From IMG/VR virus record IMGVR_UViG_3300020394_000003, positions 32,001 through 96,000 of that record: 64,000 bases of DNA. One strand, 5' to 3'. Shown here in pieces: positions 40,001 to 50,039 of the stretch; within the stretch, counting starts at the first letter, position 1, and each line of letters starts with the position of its first letter. The notes below the pieces were generated by a model, which ran no database searches, was not told the origin of the DNA, and was given only the letters and a program-made list of their open reading frames with translations. Origin of the DNA: a virus. The position numbers and the translations under genes are program-made.

Positions 40001-43000
40001 AGTATGGCTGGTTCAGCAACATTATTGATCAACAACACAGTGGAAAAGGAGACAGGTTCTTACCGCCAGAAAGTGGTGACAAAAATCCAATTGATGTAAA
40101 CTACATCTCTTCTGCCCGTCGTCAGTTACCAGAGGTTGTAAATACAAACGACGCTGTTCAGATTTTAAGACAAGATGATGATAAGTTTACTAGAGAACAC
40201 AGCATAGTACAGCACTATTATGCTATCGAAAAGAGCATGTACCAGACCATTTCTGAAGAAATGATTAATATGTTCGCATCAATTGTTGATTTTAATAACT
40301 TAATTGGTGAACCGGTAAACCGCTATCGACAAGAATATAAAGACCTAGGAAAGCTTAGGCAACTGTTCTTTGACAGAATTGGAAATACACCAAGTCTAGA
40401 TAAGTACGTTCAATTTTACAAATGGCTAGACTCAGCTGTCACCACTGTTATCCAAGAACTCATCCCAGCGTCAGCCGAAGTTGCTGCAGACCTACACAAT
40501 ATGGTCGAAAGTCATGTTCTTGAGAGAAATAAATACTGGACTAAGTTTCCTACGATTGAGTTCAAGCAAGATGATCCTGAAGCGGGCCTTCGCGGTGTCA
40601 TGGAGCTTACGTATGATTGGGAGCATGGCCATCATCCTGTAAATCAAAATCAGGCAAACAACGCTCTTTATTGGAAAGAGCGCGCAGAACGAGATGATTT
40701 CCCGCTGTCAGTGACAGCTTCCGTCGGCTCGCCATTCTTTCAATTAGATGGTAACCCAGTAGATGGTAACAAAAATACAATTCGTCGCACCCTAAACACT
40801 CACAGGGAGGCTAAGAAAAACTCTCTAGCAAGACCTGATGGTACTCTGTATGGAGGCCGTGAATACTCATTAAGAAAATTTACAAAGCCATACAAATTAG
40901 AAATGGACATGCCACTAGAAATAAAATCTGGCATCAATTTTGAAAAAAATAAAAATGTAGATATTGCGAAAAACCTTTTGCATCCAAACGCGCCGCTTAC
41001 AATAAGCTCATCGACTAACGGTCCACTAGCCGATTTACCAACAAATGTAATGTTTGTAGATGGTGACAATATTGATTCTTTTAAAGATGTTAGTGACGAT
41101 TTAGAACTGAACAAGGGCAAAAGAAAATATACTGGTACAGTTATTATGGGTCGAGAAAAAGAATTCGATCAGCACAATAATGAGACCTACGCAGAAACTA
41201 CATACGCAAAAGTACTACCAGCAACAATCGTATCCAGTTCGGTAGTAACAGGCTACAACAAGGTGTTCGCTGGTGTTGATGCTCCCGGGTTTGTTACCGG
41301 CGCTTCGATCACAAACATTCATCATGATTTTTATGGACAAGATCGAGAGATTCCGATGCAAGGTCCGTTCACAGAAAAATATGTAGGAGGACATCAATCT
41401 AGACACGTTCGCCTAAACCCCGGAACAGACGATTTCCAGAATAGGCCCGAGGCGTGGAGAATCCTAGTAGGAAAAGTCGTTCCCGGCTGCAGCCGTCAAG
41501 ATCCCGGTGCCTTTGGATTTGTGGGGCAAGATTACCCATATCCAGTTATTGGTAAAGAACCCATAGCTGCCACTGGAATAATTAATTGCCATATTGGTTC
41601 AGACTTGCCATTTTGCGATCCAGCAGATGGAGATACCATTACTATCAGTGATGGCAGGACCACATCAGTATTCGAATTTGATACTAACGGCTCCGTAGTG
41701 GCTGGAAATGTAACACTTGATATATCAGGAGTCAGTGGAGGTGCAAATAGTCGATCAAGACAGTATGCACAAATTCTTGCAAATGCTATCAATGCAGTAG
41801 CAGACTTACAAGTTCAAGCCACTGATAACGAACACACAATAACACTAGTTAACACATTATATGGTGCACCCTCTTCGAAAGCTTCGTTTTCTCTGGGAGC
41901 CAAGGGAAACGCTGCAATTGTAAAAACCCCCAAAAACAGCGGCGCAGGAATTGGCAGGTCTCACAGTGAAACAACTGTGTGGCGAGTAACTGGTATGGCC
42001 GGCGGACAAAACCCGGTTATTTTAAATCAAAAGCCGCCAAGAGCGGTCCGGTACCGAGAAGAATTGATCAAGCGACCAGTTAACTTTAAGAACATTAGGC
42101 AAACAACTGCCTCTGTCGACGTGGTTGTTGAGGCTTCAAGACAGCACGGCCCAATCGGGAACTATACACACAACTATGAAATTGTCCAATCTGCAGGTAG
42201 AACAACAAATGATCTAGATTTTAGAAAAACAAGCAGACTGGATCATCAAGATACAGCGCTAGCAAAAGGTGGTCAAGATATTGATGCTGTAACGTACAGC
42301 AGAAAACTTTTACAAAGAGAAATTACAAATGAAGACGAGCCGCAACATGCAGGCGGGAGCCTAGGAGATCCTAACTTCTGGCACAGGAATGCCCCGGGCG
42401 TAACGCACAGCACAAGAGACCTTTCGAAAAATCCTAGAAGAGGAAAAAACAAGACTGTAATTGTATCAAGATTTAGCGCACCGGGTGGCTACGAAAGCAT
42501 GTCTCGCGGATTTTTAGACCCAGCGCATGAAGAGCATTCACCATATGATGTAGTTACGTTCCGCAATAGAGCAGTTAGGGGAGAATTCCAATACATTGCT
42601 ACTAGCGGATCAGTACCAGAAAACTTTAAAGATACACTCTATCAAGACGGCTTGGATGCAACGACATTTAGAGTAGTAGATATTCACGGTGAACCGTGGG
42701 GCCTAAAGAGTCATCTTACTAGATACACTGCACCATATGGCAGAGATTCAGTGCTATCTCATGGCCCTCTTCAAGGTACCGAAGTGCTTGAAAATGAAAC
42801 TTTTTACCCGGGCTTTCATAAAGTACATCGCAATGGAGCTACTGCAAACGACTTTACTACAGATATTGATCGAGTAACACACACAACATACTACGGAGTT
42901 CCCATGAACCGCGGTATAGTGATGGCTTCCGATGTTGCAGGTTTCACTCCTTCTGCACCGGGCGGTACTAAAAACAGCTCGCGAGCCTTAAGATATGTCA

Positions 43001-46000
43001 CTCATCGCATTGGCTTTCCTATCGGCCACCCCGGTACCGGTAGAGAATTTACTATGGCCGTGTGGATTTATCCTCTTAAAAATCAATCTAACAGGACGGC
43101 AGTTTGGGCCCTTGGTGATCGCGGCCTAGGCGGTACACACATGAGAGATACCCCGAACAACAGACCGGCCTGCCATATGTCTATAGACATCGATCAAAGA
43201 ATTTACTTTAGTATCAATGACCCACTTACTCACAACCAAAAAAGAATGTGGTATACAACAGATGGAAGCAATCTCAGTGTCCAAACGAAAGTACATAATA
43301 TTGTTTTAAGTTATGACGGTAGTTCGACTAGCAATGTTCCAGTCATTTACGTTGATGGGGTAGCCAAAGCCCTCACTGAAACACCTGAAGGGGGAACAAT
43401 TGATCATAGCTATCAGATGGAACGAATCGATGAAGATCCACACCGCGCCCACGGATCAACATCCGATACCGCTAACGGCATTATTGTCGGCGGCGGACCC
43501 TCTGCAGGCGCGACTCCCTCAAACACACATCTAAGTTTTTGCGATACGATCTTTATGGAGGCTGCTCTTTGGGCAACAAACCTTAGTGCCGCGCAGGTGA
43601 CGCAAATTTATGCAAATGGTTATATGCCAGATCTTACTAGCTCAACAGGTGGTATTCCCACTATTAACGGTGGCTCAATTACATCAACAGAAGATTTGGT
43701 ATCTTGGTGGAGGTTTGGTGATCAGACCAATGACCCCGGTAACCCGTCACAGATTCGTCAATCGGGCTCCACCGCGGGCAATGGATATAGCATGCTCGGA
43801 ACGCCGGTCCTGAGAGATGTGGCGGGGCTCAACAACATTGCACCGATGTATAAGGGAAATGCAATAACAGATTCACAAAATAAAATAAATTATGCCAATA
43901 TTGTCACAGAGGAAGCTTCCTCGATTGACCTCGGTGCGCTTGACATCTCCGCCTTCCAGCCCGCAGCACAAACACCTGCATATTCCATTAGCACAACCGA
44001 GCTTCAACACACAACGAACTTCTTTACAAAATTAAAATTTGACAACTACTGGGTACAGCATCAGATCCCAAGAAATCACTCTAACTATAGTTGGATTAAG
44101 GCTTCGTTAATAACCGGATTTCAGCCTGTCGGATTTCCTACATCCAGCGATGCACTAGCATTTTTGCAACGCTCAGAAACGGGCTATAATGTACACCTTT
44201 CGGATCGACGCAGATTTGATGCCAGTCTTAACACAACCGACAACGCTGCATTCTCGGATATTCAAGGAACAAGCTTCACTGGATTAAACACTGTCATTGC
44301 AGAACCTGTAAACGTATCAACAAATACACTAGGTCATCCTGTTAAAGGAGTCTTCAGTGCTACAGATGATGACGGGACTGTTTATACATCCCTGTATGGT
44401 CCACCCCTAGCGCATGGCATGCAAAGTACACACCCAAAGAATCACCTACAATATCTAAATGGTACGTTCATCCCCCAAGTATATAAATACGTCGACAGCG
44501 ATGGAATTGTAACGGATACAGACCCCTTTATATTTAACAGCTTGATTCACAATAGACAAGGGCCATATGGTTGGCCATCGTGGAAACAAATCCGTGGAGC
44601 CGATCATCCTGTAGTCAGGGCACAAAAGAAAGAAAACATGTTTTCATTTGTGTTGCCCGATGCACTAGAGATTCATTTACAAACATCGACTGGTCACAGA
44701 GTAATTAGGCCTCGCTATGGCGATATTAATGTGTATGATAGGGTTATGCCTGTTACTTCAAAATTTAAACCTATTTCATCCACCATAAACGTTTCTACAA
44801 AAATTAGAAATAGTTTTGGAAAAGATGTATCAAAAGACATTCCTATTGATATCAGCACCACTTATGGCAACGAACTAGTTTACTTTAACAGAGAAAAGGT
44901 AAATAAAAAACTAAACTTGTCTAGAAGTAAAGTAGCGGCATACGAAGAAGTTAAAGCAATGTTTACAAAGGGTGCTTTAGAATCTTCAATATCTCCCGTT
45001 ACATCTATCAATAAATTCGTATATAAGGAAACTATCTATCCATCACACGATAACATGTATAGCGGCGACGTTCGAATTAAACAAGACTATAGTAATAACT
45101 TTTGGCGCGCCACTCACGCTGAAAGAACATCAAACAATCCAAAAACAATTCATGGTCAAGCTTTTTATGGCCGTGATCCCCAATATCTTGGAAATGATAA
45201 CCTTGGCCCCAGCCTCACTCACTTCGGCACCGGTGGTTCAGTAGGAAGACCGTCAATGTCAATATGGCCACTAGACGAAGCAACTGGCGCCATGGACAAC
45301 CTGCCAAATACTTCTTACAGAGCAAAATGGGCTAATGGAAGTTTTCATAGTGATTGGATTGGAAAGGGAGAGGGAGAACTTCTCAATAGGTGGTCATGGC
45401 CGATTAAATGGGACCAAGGATACTACACGCAAGGAACTGGTTACCCAACAAGTTCAGTCCGAGGAGATAATTCTACGAATAACCATGGCACCACAGCCAA
45501 AAATCGCCTGCTGCCTGAAGCAACAGCCTGCTATTACATGCCTCATTTTATGCATGCAACCTCTTCGATTACCTCTCCAACTGGATTACCGCTGGTTTCA
45601 TCAACGGCTTCTGCATTTCCATATACAACAAGTGAACAACTGGAAAATGTTATGTCGTTAGCCAATGCTAGCGGAATCAATCCTGCTCAAGCAGTGCAGG
45701 GCGTCCGCGTCGTAGAGGGCATTTATACTACAGAAGAATGGAACACAGATCAAGCAACTGCTGGCAATTTAACGATTCAACCTTTAAATCAAAATTCTAA
45801 TTATGCTGGATTCGTACCAATGCAAAGTGGATACACAGCGTGGCAAGCGGGTAAGCTAGCTGGAGTCATAAGAGAAGTATCTGTACCTCAAGATGGAACT
45901 GAAGAATTGGTTAATAAAGGAACGCAGTTTACCAAGTTCGTATCAGCATCAACCGACCCTTGGTACTCATCATATGATGAATTTTACAATGATATTAGAG

Positions 46001-49000
46001 TAAAAGCAAAAGACTACTCAGTGTTGCCAGAGTTTAGGATGGAAGACCACATTGGGGACTATATTAACAATAAGGGTGGAGACTTTTTAGCAGAGCAAAA
46101 TTCATTGTTTAGAATGGTGGGTATGCCCTCTGGTTCTAATGAATTAGCAGCAAACAGTTCCGAAGATAACTTTTACAAAATTTACGGTACAAGTGATTTC
46201 TTGAAACATTTTGACATACTTAAAAATGATATTGAAGAACACTTTCAACCATCGTCTCTGACGCTCAAGTGTAACGCTGTTCTTAAATTTAATCCATACG
46301 ATGGGTTCTACCCTGCACAGAGAACATTGCAACTAGCTAGTCAATTTTCTGCTTCATATGGCCGATATGTTGAGTATGAAGGCCCCGGTATGCATTTTCA
46401 TATGGCAAACGATGATGACGCCGAAACGTCAGGTGGGTATATTTTCCGTCAACATCCAATTGGCGAAACAGCCGGCGTAACTACAAATTTAGCATTTAGA
46501 AACTTTTTAAGTCCACTATTCTCGCCGGGAATTATGTTTAATACTATTAAAGCTGGTATCGCCTGTGACTGGCCTGTTATGACCGAAGGTGTTAAGATTT
46601 ATAAAACTAGGTCAGGAAAGTCAGACTATTGGGGATTAGGTTTTTCTAATCCACACCAAGATGATGAGCTTCATGACCGTTTCGACGCTCTGTACGGCGT
46701 ACCCAACAATACACACGTTTCTGCGACTAAACAACTAAACGAATCAAATGGTGTGCTACAAAGTGGAATTTTTAAGATTAGAGAAGATTTAAGAAAAGGC
46801 GCTATTTCCGAATCTTTAATTGTGCAATCTGCATCAATTGCGGGTATTTCGGACGGGTTCCGAATTATTGAGCCCGAAGGAAAGTATAACCATGGCGGTG
46901 ATGAAACGGACGGTGGATTTTATGCAACAAAGATTAATGTCGCCGATCTTCCCGGTATGCAAGCCACCAGCTATACACTCGACCCAATCCGAGATGATAA
47001 TAGTCTAGTATTTACTAGAATTAAAATTACAGCATCGTATGGTCCCGGCCCCAACATGGGTAGATGGGATAAGAGGATCCCCTTTGAGGCGATGATTAAT
47101 CCTGAAAATTATCTAAAAAATATTAAACTATTTGATTATATCGCACATCCATCTTGCTCACTAGACGTTACTGCATCTTGGCAAGGCCAAGGCGATGAAT
47201 TGTATTCCATGATGGCAAACAACTTCCTAGCCGCAGTACCCGACTTTTTCTTAAAAAATAATTCGATGACAACTATTTCTTCTAAAGCACAGGATGAATT
47301 AAATTTATATGCCGAGCAGGGGACTTCTTATGGGATGAGAATCAAGATGTATCGTTCTCTAAACAGGGAAAGGAACTACAATGCCGAGCGCGCCCGCGCA
47401 CTTCGAACTAAGCTATATGATGTTCCTCAAGATCCACGCGATGACCACGGTCTACATGAAACGTTTACTATGTATAGCCGAGCCTCCGCTTTCGGACCTC
47501 CAATTTTTGGAAGAACACACTGTGTAAGAAATGCTGGGAACCCTGTCCTTGCAACAGATCCCAACCCAGATACACTAGCGCAAGCAATCGCGTCAAAGCT
47601 GACAGCATCTTATAGTGCTTTAGAACTCGGCAATATATTCTCTGATCTTGATATAGAAATTTTGGATGCATGCGGCACGCAGCGTATTCCTGAAACACTC
47701 TTTCACACCGCTTCATTCCACGCTACCACTGGTGGAGTATTGGATAGCGTCGAGGGATACTATTGGTCACACACTCCTCCGTATTATCACGGAGAAGCAT
47801 GGTGTGATTTAATCTTTAAGCCAAAACAATCAAAAACTTACTCGCTAGCAGAAATTGTCGATCAATTAGAAGTGCGACAATATCGTGTAGACCCCGGCTT
47901 TGAAGATCCTACCGGTGCAAGCGGAGAAATGAACCCACAATTTATTCCCAACGGATTCCACAGTTCTTCACTATACTCTGCTGAAAACATTAACGCGAAT
48001 GCAATGCAGATTGACTCAAGTGTTAACTTATTTGGAATTGGAAAGGTAAAAACATATGCTTATAACAATGTTGGAGCAACAGGAAGGGCCTCAGCAACTA
48101 CGGTAAGAAGAACGACAGGGGATTCGCCGGCGTGGATTATCCAGCCTAAATTTGAAACTCCGATGCTTAACTTCAGCAGTCTAACCCCAGCACAAGGTGG
48201 AACATGCCCAAGGCCGCTTACTGACGACATTCTGGAGACTCCATTATATGGTGCGGAAGGTGCTCCTAGGGGAATGTGGCATCAATTCGGTACCTTGCCG
48301 CAAGGCAGTGAAGGCGTGTACTTGTCAGTGGGCGATATCCCTTCAGACTGGCTAAATAACCACCCATTAGCAAAAAATTCAGATATTTATGCTGGGTCTG
48401 ATGATGAAGGATCGGGTTCTCTAGCAGCATACAAGCGCGCTTTCTTGGGAGACAGAAATCAAGGAATGAAGTCTCTGTCTGATTTAGTCGGAATGGATAC
48501 TACACCACAAAGACTTGGCACAATCAAGGAGACTATGACAGTATATGAAGCAGTCGTTGCTGTTCCGTTCGTACTAAAAGACAATTTAAGATGGTTCTTT
48601 ACTCTAGACCCACATATGGTTGATGTGGCCCTAGGAGAAGAATCTTATCGTATTCAAGATGGATCTGACGAACCGGGTGTCTCAATTGCTGAACAGCTTA
48701 GAAAAATGCAAAAATATGTATTCCCGCCTCAATTTGATTTTCTTAATAATAGAGAATTGACACCAATGGCGATGTATATTTTTGAATTTAGTATGAAATT
48801 TAGTAAAGATGATTTATCATATATGTGGCAAAACTTGCTACCGCCGACCACTAAAAAATTCGAAATGGCTTCAGCCAATGTGCATCATAATTTATTGATC
48901 AATGAATTGATGGGCTATGCAAATAGAGAAGATGCACAGCCACTTAAGGACAATATTCAATGGATGGTATTCAAGGTTAAGCAACGCGCCCCTGTGAATT

Positions 49001-49992
49001 ACTACGATAAGATAATTGCAAAAACCCCTGAACTGGATAGGTTAGATCGAATCAGCAGAAGTCGTCAAGTAAATTTGGGAACAAATAGTGAAAATAGATA
49101 CAGCTTCAACTGGCCGTATGATTGTTTCTCTATTGTAGAAATGGCACAGCTAGAAGCAACAGTTGAATTTGCAGAAGCATCACCATCCGTATCACAGGCA
49201 CTCAAATTCGACCCATCAGGGGGACGACCTAGTAGACAAGGCGCATATGGGTTCCCAATAATTCCAAATCAGACGCCACCCGGCCTGATTCAAAACTTGG
49301 GAGGATTTTCTGGTGTCTCTGGAGAAGGCGGCGGCGTGATTCAAAAACTTGGCAGATCGCCATGGACACAGGAAATCCAGAGTGGCGATGGCTATAGTAT
49401 GGGTGCCGTCGTCGCCGATAACCCCTTCGGCTCAATCCGCGAAGGTTTTGGTTATGAACCCGGTGGAACAGGAGTAACACCATATGAGCTAGAAGGATAT
49501 GGCACCGTCGATAGTTTAGGCGGCGTTCTAGGCACCGTAGAACAGGGGGCTTATAATATGCGTTCGCTAGATGTAAGGACTTACGAAACAGGTGTTGACG
49601 CATTGTCAACTGAGTTCCGAAATCTTGCTTTAGAAGGATCGTCTGGACCAATTTTCCAAGGGCCGGCCGCAGGTCAAGCACTAGCTTTCGAGTACGACTT
49701 TCAACAAGGCGCCGTGCAAATGAACTCTGGAATGTCAGGCATTAATAGTGTACAAAGTCTTGCTACGAATCCCGCAACAAATGCGCTTCAATTCCAAGCT
49801 AATTCTGGTGTCGGTGCTTCAACCAATCTCGCAAGTCAATACGGAGGACTCAGCACTGCTGGTTCGCTATCAATATTGAACAACTCTACGTTCAATGCTG
49901 CTGCAGGGGCAGCAACACAGCAAGTAACGCAAGTAAACAATAGCGCAGCACAGTATCAGCCAATTTCAACATTCTTCACGTTTACGATTTAG
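37039..49992 (+). CDS. 4317-aa giant tail/baseplate protein with LamG/concanavalin-like domains
   Basis: TVEFWLK...WNHYAV..FYVNG...LDEFRYW...YYKFNE; a further LamG-like block FTMAVWI...YVDG...LVSWWRFGD; IYKSKGT.KSIR (gp7-like) segment. Confidence 0.7.
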   Translation: MAIKDLFEKPQQVLSSADSEKTTKGKVESIDNLDAVLRQKEEFVPYIDHSSASNFAIYGSAEKYYEDAFTAIYRQYPYDGSAHEKKEYELNINYLTRYILDNKYPRTNGYITLGLNNTYSGLSGSYGNVASSEYIKVVGGPHTASNLQYDVEGMIGRPLYETFKYSNKLASNPYELAGLAKGQNLGSQLSNLRFNASDGMTVEFWLKKTAFDPTKTKREVVFDLWNGKNHVGADPDLSSGRFLIELSSSDGGPFRLTCVSGSTSLASDLAICSTSITGGIVANGGWNHYAVSLKSYPSSNETLVKFYVNGDLDKQTTISGYINEVTGGLNAYIGALQTGTALGGAAGYGLLSASLDEFRYWKEARTSEDIGRNWWTQVNGGSNTETANTSLGVYYKFNEGIVQTSAADTAGYAFDKKILDYSGRVSNGVWVGYPGLPHRARSTNSAIVEANVAATEFKDPILYSTHTRVKNLRTELMASGSMWDDENNASLLNALPSFMREEDEEIGDGTLTNTLQMMGAYFDKIHHLIDALPKVRATSYLTASAKPYPFATHLLESIGLNAPELFVQANVLESFAQRDEDRPYTQDLTELKNLIYQNIYNNLTYIYKSKGTEKSIRNIVRCFGVDEELIRLNLYSSNLTYELKDNTRTKTVKSKCVNFNDVDKFDSTIYQAADPDNANTSAYITGSGPTTVTASLGKEDLLGMTVEGEFIFPIKLTRRDFGYFDTPFTKVSLFGMHTPTKNGNSFDTKDYANFQVQAIKPNAESNHAYFKLTSNYDPYPIPELTSSLFNDVYDNQRWNLSVRIKPLDPVTNFVQDNQVDTTFNPLARMCQNYEVHFYGVNMETGYPEHTFHLSGTMEAHKARDFLRASKKIYAGAHKQNFNGATIDLSDVKVSNIKYWATCLDNEDLLAHASDPENHGVTDPYKNVALQVASLNKWHIPKIDTLALNWTFENCVAPSSDAGDPSTDDSFFFVDDISSGSSEAVASAKYGWFSNIIDQQHSGKGDRFLPPESGDKNPIDVNYISSARRQLPEVVNTNDAVQILRQDDDKFTREHSIVQHYYAIEKSMYQTISEEMINMFASIVDFNNLIGEPVNRYRQEYKDLGKLRQLFFDRIGNTPSLDKYVQFYKWLDSAVTTVIQELIPASAEVAADLHNMVESHVLERNKYWTKFPTIEFKQDDPEAGLRGVMELTYDWEHGHHPVNQNQANNALYWKERAERDDFPLSVTASVGSPFFQLDGNPVDGNKNTIRRTLNTHREAKKNSLARPDGTLYGGREYSLRKFTKPYKLEMDMPLEIKSGINFEKNKNVDIAKNLLHPNAPLTISSSTNGPLADLPTNVMFVDGDNIDSFKDVSDDLELNKGKRKYTGTVIMGREKEFDQHNNETYAETTYAKVLPATIVSSSVVTGYNKVFAGVDAPGFVTGASITNIHHDFYGQDREIPMQGPFTEKYVGGHQSRHVRLNPGTDDFQNRPEAWRILVGKVVPGCSRQDPGAFGFVGQDYPYPVIGKEPIAATGIINCHIGSDLPFCDPADGDTITISDGRTTSVFEFDTNGSVVAGNVTLDISGVSGGANSRSRQYAQILANAINAVADLQVQATDNEHTITLVNTLYGAPSSKASFSLGAKGNAAIVKTPKNSGAGIGRSHSETTVWRVTGMAGGQNPVILNQKPPRAVRYREELIKRPVNFKNIRQTTASVDVVVEASRQHGPIGNYTHNYEIVQSAGRTTNDLDFRKTSRLDHQDTALAKGGQDIDAVTYSRKLLQREITNEDEPQHAGGSLGDPNFWHRNAPGVTHSTRDLSKNPRRGKNKTVIVSRFSAPGGYESMSRGFLDPAHEEHSPYDVVTFRNRAVRGEFQYIATSGSVPENFKDTLYQDGLDATTFRVVDIHGEPWGLKSHLTRYTAPYGRDSVLSHGPLQGTEVLENETFYPGFHKVHRNGATANDFTTDIDRVTHTTYYGVPMNRGIVMASDVAGFTPSAPGGTKNSSRALRYVTHRIGFPIGHPGTGREFTMAVWIYPLKNQSNRTAVWALGDRGLGGTHMRDTPNNRPACHMSIDIDQRIYFSINDPLTHNQKRMWYTTDGSNLSVQTKVHNIVLSYDGSSTSNVPVIYVDGVAKALTETPEGGTIDHSYQMERIDEDPHRAHGSTSDTANGIIVGGGPSAGATPSNTHLSFCDTIFMEAALWATNLSAAQVTQIYANGYMPDLTSSTGGIPTINGGSITSTEDLVSWWRFGDQTNDPGNPSQIRQSGSTAGNGYSMLGTPVLRDVAGLNNIAPMYKGNAITDSQNKINYANIVTEEASSIDLGALDISAFQPAAQTPAYSISTTELQHTTNFFTKLKFDNYWVQHQIPRNHSNYSWIKASLITGFQPVGFPTSSDALAFLQRSETGYNVHLSDRRRFDASLNTTDNAAFSDIQGTSFTGLNTVIAEPVNVSTNTLGHPVKGVFSATDDDGTVYTSLYGPPLAHGMQSTHPKNHLQYLNGTFIPQVYKYVDSDGIVTDTDPFIFNSLIHNRQGPYGWPSWKQIRGADHPVVRAQKKENMFSFVLPDALEIHLQTSTGHRVIRPRYGDINVYDRVMPVTSKFKPISSTINVSTKIRNSFGKDVSKDIPIDISTTYGNELVYFNREKVNKKLNLSRSKVAAYEEVKAMFTKGALESSISPVTSINKFVYKETIYPSHDNMYSGDVRIKQDYSNNFWRATHAERTSNNPKTIHGQAFYGRDPQYLGNDNLGPSLTHFGTGGSVGRPSMSIWPLDEATGAMDNLPNTSYRAKWANGSFHSDWIGKGEGELLNRWSWPIKWDQGYYTQGTGYPTSSVRGDNSTNNHGTTAKNRLLPEATACYYMPHFMHATSSITSPTGLPLVSSTASAFPYTTSEQLENVMSLANASGINPAQAVQGVRVVEGIYTTEEWNTDQATAGNLTIQPLNQNSNYAGFVPMQSGYTAWQAGKLAGVIREVSVPQDGTEELVNKGTQFTKFVSASTDPWYSSYDEFYNDIRVKAKDYSVLPEFRMEDHIGDYINNKGGDFLAEQNSLFRMVGMPSGSNELAANSSEDNFYKIYGTSDFLKHFDILKNDIEEHFQPSSLTLKCNAVLKFNPYDGFYPAQRTLQLASQFSASYGRYVEYEGPGMHFHMANDDDAETSGGYIFRQHPIGETAGVTTNLAFRNFLSPLFSPGIMFNTIKAGIACDWPVMTEGVKIYKTRSGKSDYWGLGFSNPHQDDELHDRFDALYGVPNNTHVSATKQLNESNGVLQSGIFKIREDLRKGAISESLIVQSASIAGISDGFRIIEPEGKYNHGGDETDGGFYATKINVADLPGMQATSYTLDPIRDDNSLVFTRIKITASYGPGPNMGRWDKRIPFEAMINPENYLKNIKLFDYIAHPSCSLDVTASWQGQGDELYSMMANNFLAAVPDFFLKNNSMTTISSKAQDELNLYAEQGTSYGMRIKMYRSLNRERNYNAERARALRTKLYDVPQDPRDDHGLHETFTMYSRASAFGPPIFGRTHCVRNAGNPVLATDPNPDTLAQAIASKLTASYSALELGNIFSDLDIEILDACGTQRIPETLFHTASFHATTGGVLDSVEGYYWSHTPPYYHGEAWCDLIFKPKQSKTYSLAEIVDQLEVRQYRVDPGFEDPTGASGEMNPQFIPNGFHSSSLYSAENINANAMQIDSSVNLFGIGKVKTYAYNNVGATGRASATTVRRTTGDSPAWIIQPKFETPMLNFSSLTPAQGGTCPRPLTDDILETPLYGAEGAPRGMWHQFGTLPQGSEGVYLSVGDIPSDWLNNHPLAKNSDIYAGSDDEGSGSLAAYKRAFLGDRNQGMKSLSDLVGMDTTPQRLGTIKETMTVYEAVVAVPFVLKDNLRWFFTLDPHMVDVALGEESYRIQDGSDEPGVSIAEQLRKMQKYVFPPQFDFLNNRELTPMAMYIFEFSMKFSKDDLSYMWQNLLPPTTKKFEMASANVHHNLLINELMGYANREDAQPLKDNIQWMVFKVKQRAPVNYYDKIIAKTPELDRLDRISRSRQVNLGTNSENRYSFNWPYDCFSIVEMAQLEATVEFAEASPSVSQALKFDPSGGRPSRQGAYGFPIIPNQTPPGLIQNLGGFSGVSGEGGGVIQKLGRSPWTQEIQSGDGYSMGAVVADNPFGSIREGFGYEPGGTGVTPYELEGYGTVDSLGGVLGTVEQGAYNMRSLDVRTYETGVDALSTEFRNLALEGSSGPIFQGPAAGQALAFEYDFQQGAVQMNSGMSGINSVQSLATNPATNALQFQANSGVGASTNLASQYGGLSTAGSLSILNNSTFNAAAGAATQQVTQVNNSAAQYQPISTFFTFTI

Positions 49993-50006
49993 AATAGGGT
50001 GAGCGA

Positions 50007-50030
50007 ACTATATATTTTGAAAACTAGGTA
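50007..50030 (+). promoter_or_regulatory. Candidate late-promoter motifs (ACTATATA, ACTAGGTA)
   Basis: Two RCTAnnTA-type motifs in the 47-nt gap before ORF 50040. Confidence 0.4.
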
Positions 50031-50039
50031 ACAAACAAT

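Noticed and set aside
25620-49992. Inteins, introns or a diversity-generating retroelement in the giant ORFs
   Set aside because: I saw no intein splice or LAGLIDADG motifs, no reverse transcriptase and no template/variable repeat pair by eye; a computational check would be needed to exclude them fully.
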